A stretch of DNA of 64,000 nt from a virus (taxonomy: Duplodnaviria; Caudoviricetes), in the IMG/VR virus record IMGVR_UViG_3300033067_001743, positions 32,001 to 96,000 of that record. One strand, given 5' to 3'. Shown one piece after another: positions 57,942-64,000 of this stretch (position 1 is the first letter of the stretch; every line of letters starts with the position of its first letter). A program made the position numbers and the translations under genes. The notes under the pieces are model-generated. The model worked only from the letters and a program-made list of their open reading frames with translations. It made no database searches and was not told where the DNA came from.

Positions 57942-59738
57942 TTATCCTAATGCTATTGCAAATGCTATTGCTTGTCCTGCTGTTATACCACCACCTACAT
58001 TTGTTAACCTTGATCCATCTCCTGCAAATGCACTTGCACTTACTAAACCTGATGATGATATTGTCATTCTAACATTTTGTGGACCTCCAACTACAAAATC
58101 AATACTTGATGATGGATGTGTAGTTGGTGTTAGGTTTCCTATTATTAATTTTGATCCTGTTGTATATAAATATGCATCATTTGCTTTTCCTAAAAATTGT
58201 GGTTGATTATATCCACTTCCATTGATTCCCATATCAATGTAATTTCCAATCTCTGTCCCAGTATCATTTGTTGCAACTATATCTGATGATGCAGTTGTTG
58301 CAGTATTTTTATTTTGAATGTTTAACTGTAAATAATTATCAATATTCCCACTTGCTGTAATAGCATTAATTGAAGTTGCACCTGATAATTTAAGAACCTT
58401 TAATATTTTATCAAATAAAAAGTCTGATGAACCTGATATTGATCCTGCATCATTAAATTGTACTGATTGATTTGGCCCGGCTGGATTTGCTGATGCCACT
58501 ATTCCTGTTAATCCAGAGCCGTCTCCTACAAACGAACTTGATATTTGTCCTACTACATTAATACTTCCAGTAACATTAATACTTCCAGTAACAATTTGAT
58601 TAGACTTAAATATATTGGAACCTGTTGTGGCGTATGAAGCAGTGTTTTGTTCAATTATACCAAGTCTTAATAAAATTGATTCAGTTACTGTATTTAAACT
58701 TCCAGTTGTTTGCTCTAAATGAAATATTCTATTTGAAAATGAACTTGATAGTGTTGTAAAAGAACCTGATATATCACTTGATATTTGACTTGATGAAGAT
58801 ACTACACCACGGCCTTTTCCCTCATACTTAATGTCATATGAAGAACTTATTTGATCACTTCCTGATACAATATTTGGAATTAAGTTGTTTATCTGCTGAC
58901 TGGAACTAAGTAATCCAGTTGGCGTATTTGTTATTTGATTATAATTTACTTGTGCTGATGCACTAAACAATACACTTGGTCTATTTAATAAATTATTATA
59001 ATCTACTTGTTGACTGGAACTTATAAACCCATTAGAACTGCTTAAAATTCCAGAAGGTATTCCCGTAATCTGACTATATATTACTTGTGAAGAACCTGAA
59101 AATAATGACTTACTATCATATACAGATAGTCTATTGGCCAAAGAAGATGATACGTTTGTAAATGCTCCACTTATCTCAGTTTTTATAGCATATGAAGATG
59201 TACCATTTTCTAACCTTTGTATTTTGGTATCTGTTGAACTGGTATAAGTGTTGTAACTTGATGTAAATGTATTCTGTAAAAAAGAACTTGTAGAAAATGA
59301 TCCAGATATTTGTTGAAAATTTACCTGCTGAGAAGACGATATAAGAGACTTTGACTCAAATACAGTTATTCTCCCACTCAAAGCATTTGATGCGCTTAGA
59401 AATGATCCTGAGATGTCAGAGCCTATCTGTGCAGATGAAGATATTAAATTAGTACCCCGTTGCTCATATCTCAAATCATATGAACCTGTTAACTGTTCCG
59501 ATCCTGATACTAAATTGGAAGGTAGGTATGCTATAACTTGTTGACTTGAACTAACTATTCCAGATGGTGGAGTGTATTCACCTCCATCACTTCCTTTTGG
59601 TCCTTGTGGTCCGGGTTCATATATTTCTACTATAGAAGGAGGGTTCTCTTCTACTGCAATTACAGTTATTTCACTATTTGACTCAAAAACCTGTAATTTA
59701 ACATCGTCTCCATCTATAATATAAACTTGATCTGGCAT
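57942..59738 (-). CDS. Ser-rich tail fibre / virion protein
   Basis: Short collagen motif GPQGPKG; many (I/V)S(S/G)S.Q(I/V) repeats; C-terminal GQAIAFAIALG. Confidence 0.7.
   Translation of the reverse strand: MPDQVYIIDGDDVKLQVFESNSEITVIAVEENPPSIVEIYEPGPQGPKGSDGGEYTPPSGIVSSSQQVIAYLPSNLVSGSEQLTGSYDLRYEQRGTNLISSSAQIGSDISGSFLSASNALSGRITVFESKSLISSSQQVNFQQISGSFSTSSFLQNTFTSSYNTYTSSTDTKIQRLENGTSSYAIKTEISGAFTNVSSSLANRLSVYDSKSLFSGSSQVIYSQITGIPSGILSSSNGFISSSQQVDYNNLLNRPSVLFSASAQVNYNQITNTPTGLLSSSQQINNLIPNIVSGSDQISSSYDIKYEGKGRGVVSSSSQISSDISGSFTTLSSSFSNRIFHLEQTTGSLNTVTESILLRLGIIEQNTASYATTGSNIFKSNQIVTGSINVTGSINVVGQISSSFVGDGSGLTGIVASANPAGPNQSVQFNDAGSISGSSDFLFDKILKVLKLSGATSINAITASGNIDNYLQLNIQNKNTATTASSDIVATNDTGTEIGNYIDMGINGSGYNQPQFLGKANDAYLYTTGSKLIIGNLTPTTHPSSSIDFVVGGPQNVRMTISSSGLVSASAFAGDGSRLTNVGGGITAGQAIAFAIALG
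58555..58593. repeat. 18-bp tandem duplication
   Basis: ACATTAATACTTCCAGTA x2; encodes VTGSIN VTGSIN. Confidence 0.85.
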
Positions 59739-59742
59739 TAAA

Positions 59743-60138
59743 TCATCTCGTCACTTCTTTTAAAACCTTTACTGTTCCACTTATTAATTCTTTAACATAC
59801 TGATTTACTCCTGAACCTGAATATATTTCTATATCTATAAAAGCATTATCAAAATTAAATTGGCTTGATGAATATGCACTTATAACCATTCCAATACTAC
59901 CACTACTTCTTGGTAGAACAACAGATGCACTTGTTGGAGTCATGTAAAATCCAGTTCCATCAGGTTGAACAGAACTGGAAATATTACATAAAATTACATT
60001 AGATGTATAGGTAGGTCTTATCTGACCACGAACCTCGTAGCCAGTAAAATCAAAAGGAACTAGTGGATTGCCAGTTTTATAGACAAATCTCCTTTCAAAG
60101 GTTTTACCCTGTTTTATTACAAACGAATACCTAGACAT
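59743..60138 (-). CDS. virion adaptor protein (BppU-N/Ig-like)
   Basis: I.QG.TF....P.D.TGY..RGQIR...DIEI.SG.....LI.G.V....EVTR. Confidence 0.65.
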   Translation of the reverse strand: MSRYSFVIKQGKTFERRFVYKTGNPLVPFDFTGYEVRGQIRPTYTSNVILCNISSSVQPDGTGFYMTPTSASVVLPRSSGSIGMVISAYSSSQFNFDNAFIDIEIYSGSGVNQYVKELISGTVKVLKEVTR

Positions 60139-60160
60139 AAACTTCCCTATTTATGGGTGA

Positions 60161-60466
60161 TTAAACCCAAGCAGCCCAACTTGCTGTTACACCCGTTGAT
60201 GCTGGTACAAATCCTGATCCTGTTGCATAAAATCTCAATGTTGATCCTGATGCATTTGTATTTACAACTGTAATTGAATATTGTGGAGTTGTTGTTGATG
60301 ATCCATAATTTACTGAATTAGCAATTACAACACTTGGTGCTGATATTAATGAGTGTGTTATAACAATTGATCCAGAGTTATCCGTTGATCCAGATGTTAA
60401 ACCTTTAGCAAATACTGCTGTTTGATAATCAAATTGTTGGTAAGGTTGAAATTTTGCTCTTGGCAT
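60161..60466 (-). CDS. small virion protein (fibre-tip/H-lectin-like beta sandwich)
   Basis: ITHSL..APSVV...SWAAW; S/T/G-rich. Confidence 0.5.
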   Translation of the reverse strand: MPRAKFQPYQQFDYQTAVFAKGLTSGSTDNSGSIVITHSLISAPSVVIANSVNYGSSTTTPQYSITVVNTNASGSTLRFYATGSGFVPASTGVTASWAAWV

Positions 60467-60481
60467 TTTTAATCCTCGTTT

Positions 60482-61087
60482 TTATCTGTGTAATAATGAC
60501 ATTATTTTAGGTGCTATTGCTTTCATTGCGGCTGTTATACCATCAATAACTTCTGTTGTTTTTATCGCTGCTTTCATGCCCTGTACTAACAACTCACTAC
60601 TAAAAAATGTTGATTTAATTGTTGTAACAATTTCTTCCAGTGTGTGTCCTAATAACCCTGCCATAACACCAGTGAATATTAGTTTAGCAATAAGTTCCTT
60701 TTTATCTGGGTCTTTTGTCATCATACCGGCTACTTTTTCAAATATCCACATAACCTTTTCATGGTATTTTTCAGCAAATTCAAGTATCTTATTTGCTATT
60801 TCTGGTTCACCTAAACCAAGACCTAAATATTTTTTAAGTAATTTGTCTATACTACTCTGCAAAAAGGACACAAATTTACCAAACATCTTAACAATAAATG
60901 GGCCTGATAGTAGTAAACCAATAACTGTGGATACCCCTTCATTTACCAGTGTCTTATTTCTACAAATTCTTACAACATCTTCGCTTAATATATCCAACCC
61001 TTTTAAAAATTGTTTTTCGAAATGTATCTCTACTACAATTCTCCTTACTTTCCTTCTTAGGGCATTTTCTAATACTTTATTCTGCAT
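60482..61087 (-). CDS. hypothetical helical protein (possible internal head protein)
   Basis: LRRKVRRIVVE...LSE...VNE leader followed by amphipathic helices. Confidence 0.6.
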   Translation of the reverse strand: MQNKVLENALRRKVRRIVVEIHFEKQFLKGLDILSEDVVRICRNKTLVNEGVSTVIGLLLSGPFIVKMFGKFVSFLQSSIDKLLKKYLGLGLGEPEIANKILEFAEKYHEKVMWIFEKVAGMMTKDPDKKELIAKLIFTGVMAGLLGHTLEEIVTTIKSTFFSSELLVQGMKAAIKTTEVIDGITAAMKAIAPKIMSLLHR

Positions 61088-61092
61088 TTAAT

Positions 61093-61755
61093 TTATCCTT
61101 TATTTAATAATTCTAATACTTCAAACACAGCCGGATGTCTGTGATTTTCTAACAATTGAGTTATATAAACAGAACTACAATCTTCTAATTTTTTTATTTC
61201 AGATGCAGCACTACCATTATAACCCGTTTTAATATCTATTTGGTTTACATCTCCACAAAATATCATTCTACTATTTTGTCCCAACCTTCCTATGCACATT
61301 TGCAGTTGTGATTTTGTTAAATTTTGATACTCATCTACAATACAAATCGCATCTTCAAAAGTCCTTCCTCTAAAGTGACTTAAAGCCACTATTTCCACAA
61401 TACCATCTTTTTCTAATTGATCCCACTTTTCTTTCTTATTGTAGAATTTTCTAAGGTTGTGTTTTATAGGAACAAGCCAAGGGTCCAATTTATCTTCAAT
61501 ACTTCCCGGTAAGAATCCATTATCTTCTGTTGCCACTGTTGGCCGGGTTATCACTATCTTTGTTATATTCTTCTTAAATAACTGATCTGTTGCTGTTGCT
61601 GTTGCTAATAATGTTTTCCCAGAACCTGCTTTTCCATGTATAAATGAAAATGGATGTGATAATATTTGCTCTTTTGCTAACTTTTGTTCTTCGTTAAGTT
61701 GAATGTCGAACTTGATATTCTTTTCTCTTTCTTCTTTAACCAATTTAACCTCCAC
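61093..61755 (-). CDS. phoH: PhoH-like ATPase
   Basis: GKAGSGKT, TRP, GFLPG, RGRTF, DEYQN, GD..QID, HRH. Confidence 0.95.
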   Translation of the reverse strand: MEVKLVKEEREKNIKFDIQLNEEQKLAKEQILSHPFSFIHGKAGSGKTLLATATATDQLFKKNITKIVITRPTVATEDNGFLPGSIEDKLDPWLVPIKHNLRKFYNKKEKWDQLEKDGIVEIVALSHFRGRTFEDAICIVDEYQNLTKSQLQMCIGRLGQNSRMIFCGDVNQIDIKTGYNGSAASEIKKLEDCSSVYITQLLENHRHPAVFEVLELLNKG

Positions 61756-61786
61756 ATTATGATTATTTGACTAAATTAGTCATATC

Positions 61787-61794
61787 ATAAATAT
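61787..61794 (-). promoter_or_regulatory. candidate late promoter ATATTTAT
   Basis: Sits just downstream of a terminator and upstream of the phoH/structural operon. Confidence 0.6.
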
Positions 61795-61801
61795 CCATAC
61801 T

Positions 61802-61840
61802 AAAAACAAAAACCGCTTACAATTTTTCAACTGTAAGCGG
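61802..61840 (-). terminator. intrinsic terminator
   Basis: CCGCTTACA...TGTAAGCGG stem followed by TTTTTGTTTTT on the minus strand. Confidence 0.85.
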
Positions 61841-61869
61841 AAAATAACAATCACCCTTTATTTGTATTT

Positions 61870-61977
61870 CTAATCTTTCTCATTGTAGAACCTTGCCCTT
61901 TTTGCAGATTCCCTAACTCCATTTCCCTTAAATAAACTTTCAATGAAGTCGAACAAAATAAATCCAATTCTTTTCAT
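61870..61977 (-). CDS. small hypothetical protein (35 aa)
   Basis: Hand-translated MKRIGFILFDFIESLFKG...NEKD; starts 2 nt after the purA stop. Confidence 0.35.
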   Translation of the reverse strand: MKRIGFILFDFIESLFKGNGVRESAKRARFYNEKD

Positions 61978-61979
61978 AT

Positions 61980-63104
61980 TTAATTTTCTTCTGAGTATGA
62001 TGTAATTATAGTTACATCTGGATTTGATTTAATAATCTCAGATGTTAATGTTGTTGTGTCTACCAATATTGGATACTTTCTGTTATTAAGTAATACTGGG
62101 ATTTCATTTTCAAACTGATCAAGATGAGACACTATTATTGTTTTGTTAACCTTTACATTGTGATAACATGAATCAGATTCAATTGCATAATTTAATAAAT
62201 CAATAGATAATGGAGCCTTTCTAAATTCTCCCTGCCAAGGATTATTTACATTTGTCTCATTTTCATTGTTTATTAAACCTATACTAAACTCTTCTCCGAA
62301 TAATGGCCCATTCCCATGTCGGGTTTGATAACATCGAGTTAAGTAATATATGTCAACATAGTCAACCACATAATTACCCAACATCTCCATTACATTTTTA
62401 CTTGTTGTTGCACTCCTCGTTACATGAGGGAAAATTCCATGTTCCCTATCCAAAAGTATCCCCTGTGCTCCTTCGAAAATAAAATGCTCAGTATCTTTTT
62501 TATTAAGCATTTCATATTCTGTTTTTAAGGTTATAACCTTTGAGCATTCCAAACAGTCTTTTATAAAATCTTCAACATGAAAATAGTGGTGCCTTAGATG
62601 AAATGCTGATTTTAGCATCAATAACTTCTGTCTCAGTATCCATTCACAACCTAAATCTTTTGCAAAGATTCTATGGGAATGTTCTAATGTTTCATGTCGT
62701 TCTACTGTTTTACCAAATCCAGAGCCTACACTTCCATGAGCATTAATACCATCTTCATATCTGTTATGGCTAATATCAAACGGTGTTGTGATCATAACCA
62801 TTGGATCAACATATAAAACAGGGTTTGCTCCCTTCACTTTTAAGTCTTCAAATTCCTTCAATAATGCAGAAGGAAATATGGTACAATATTTTGACCAAAA
62901 GGTAGGAGTTCCATTTAATGTTCCGCTACCAAATGACGAAAATACGTGTCTTGTTCCATTATGAACAACTGTGTGACCTGCTTGATGACCGCCATTAAAG
63001 CGAATCACCAAGGACTTGGCTGGATTTGATTTTGATAGAAAGTTCGTTACCTTACCTTTCCCTTCATCTCCAAATCCAGCACCAAGTACAATGGATATTT
63101 TCAT
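61980..63104 (-). CDS. purA: divergent adenylosuccinate synthetase
   Basis: GFGDEGKG, GG.QAGHT, GSVGSG, FEGAQG.LLD, PHVT, TRHG.GP. Confidence 0.85.
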   Translation of the reverse strand: MKISIVLGAGFGDEGKGKVTNFLSKSNPAKSLVIRFNGGHQAGHTVVHNGTRHVFSSFGSGTLNGTPTFWSKYCTIFPSALLKEFEDLKVKGANPVLYVDPMVMITTPFDISHNRYEDGINAHGSVGSGFGKTVERHETLEHSHRIFAKDLGCEWILRQKLLMLKSAFHLRHHYFHVEDFIKDCLECSKVITLKTEYEMLNKKDTEHFIFEGAQGILLDREHGIFPHVTRSATTSKNVMEMLGNYVVDYVDIYYLTRCYQTRHGNGPLFGEEFSIGLINNENETNVNNPWQGEFRKAPLSIDLLNYAIESDSCYHNVKVNKTIIVSHLDQFENEIPVLLNNRKYPILVDTTTLTSEIIKSNPDVTIITSYSEEN

Positions 63105-63322
63105 GCTGTTAAATTTATAAATTCAATTAAACCTGCTTCTGTTGATTTTTTAGATTTCCAATGGAATGGGTAGGAAACCCACATATTTGCAACGAACCGA
63201 TCACTCAAGAATAATTTTTTATCTGGTGATCGGTAAATTTCATAAGGTGGATCACCTTCTAATATACCAGTGGCTTCATACCCACTTTCAATTAGTATTC
63301 GAATAACCCTTTCCTTTTGCAT
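63101..63322 (-). CDS. hypothetical protein
   Basis: 73 aa coupled ORF. Confidence 0.5.
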   Translation of the reverse strand: MQKERVIRILIESGYEATGILEGDPPYEIYRSPDKKLFLSDRFVANMWVSYPFHWKSKKSTEAGLIEFINLTA

Positions 63323-63325
63323 AAT

Positions 63326-64000
63326 TTAGAATTCAATGACTGATGCAGTACTAACTGCTGTTGATGAATTGATGTTAACCAATGCATTACTTACAGATGC
63401 AGCAATTCCTGTACCAAAGGATGACAATACACTTGCCTTATCTGCTCCTTCCATTACAGAAATAGTTGTTGCAATAGTTTCTGCTAAGTTATCAGAATCA
63501 TCTAAAACAAGGAACCTTTCACCAAGTAGTCTCTTCCACTGAGTTTCAACTGCATGAGTTGGTCGGCTGTCTGCACAATGGATGTGAAATACATGGTATT
63601 TCTGCTGTGCTTCCCTCAACAGTTGTTCTGCTGTAAAATCTGCTTCTGGATTGTATCCCAATAATTCCTGAACCTTTGCCTTTGAAACAAGTTCGTGTGT
63701 ATTCTCATCACCTACCGTAAATAGGTAGCCCTTTTTACCTCTCTTCTCAAAACAATCAATCGAAGTATGCCGTGCTGCAACGAGCCAAGCAAGAAGATAT
63801 GACTCTTCCCCTGATCCACCTCCATTGCCTTCGAGATAAAGCCCTGTGAGCCATTTATTGAGTTCTGGTGTACCTGACTCAAACTGCCCTACTTGTAGGG
63901 GGGATTTATCAGAATAGTGATCCCCAATTCCACCAAATAAAACTGCTGGATCAGCAATTTTGTGAGCCAGTAATGTTTCAATTAATGCTCCCAATTTATT
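63326..64000 (-). CDS. vWA-like domain protein (5'-truncated by the window edge)
   Basis: GIGD, QVGQFES, GGGSGEESY, GYLFTVGDE; frame open to position 64000. Confidence 0.75.
   Translation of the reverse strand, partial: NKLGALIETLLAHKIADPAVLFGGIGDHYSDKSPLQVGQFESGTPELNKWLTGLYLEGNGGGSGEESYLLAWLVAARHTSIDCFEKRGKKGYLFTVGDENTHELVSKAKVQELLGYNPEADFTAEQLLREAQQKYHVFHIHCADSRPTHAVETQWKRLLGERFLVLDDSDNLAETIATTISVMEGADKASVLSSFGTGIAASVSNALVNINSSTAVSTASVIEF

Noticed and set aside
61980-63104. PurZ / 2-aminoadenine genome system
   Set aside because: The catalytic motif is GDEGKG (Asp, PurA-type) rather than the Ser-containing PurZ motif, and no DatZ- or MazZ-like gene is recognisable in the window
477-63542. 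Other plus-strand ORFs in the track (e.g. 1934-2620, 29448-29891, 60576-61091)
   Set aside because: They lie antisense to well-supported minus-strand genes and have no protein-like motifs
1-64000. Genome-wide stop codon reassignment
   Set aside because: Conserved genes are intact under code 11; TGA ends many genes in ATGA overlaps and TAG ends polA and dut; only one isolated in-frame TGA was noticed
1-64000. tRNA or rRNA genes
   Set aside because: Intergenic gaps are short and none showed a cloverleaf or T-loop signature by eye; a tRNAscan/Infernal run would be needed to exclude them formally

Overview
This is a 64 kb segment of an AT-rich, large lytic myovirus-type phage genome, with nearly all genes on the minus strand and tightly coupled by ATGA/TAATG overlaps. 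The host is probably a Bacteroidota member: there are several near-perfect TTTG-N19-20-TAnnTTTG sigma-A promoters and a DUF4494-like gene. The window runs as follows. (i) 1-15 kb is a glycan-modification region with an NDP-sugar epimerase, a methyltransferase and five glycosyltransferase-like genes, interleaved with small accessory ORFs and a Cas4-like nuclease. (ii) 15-37 kb covers replication and nucleotide metabolism (PolA, dUTPase, class II RNR, DnaB-like helicase, 5'-3' exonuclease, UvsX/RecA, gp32-like SSB). It also holds three free-standing homing endonucleases, several ADP-ribose/nucleotide counter-defence-type enzymes, and a second PolA-like gene split by a four-gene insert. (iii) 37-61 kb is a contractile-tail module (hub, wedge, tape measure, chaperone pair with a candidate frameshift, three tube paralogs, holin, sheath, neck, Ser-rich fibre proteins). 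(iv) 61-64 kb holds PhoH, a divergent PurA and a vWA protein. The most notable signals are: an ATATTTAT candidate late promoter; an RBS-occluding hairpin around that motif upstream of an HNH gene; Shine-Dalgarno use biased to late genes in a phage of a host phylum that avoids SD; pervasive S/T-G-S motifs in virion proteins alongside the glycosyltransferase cluster; and the split second polymerase. All functional calls come from motif recognition only; no searches were run.
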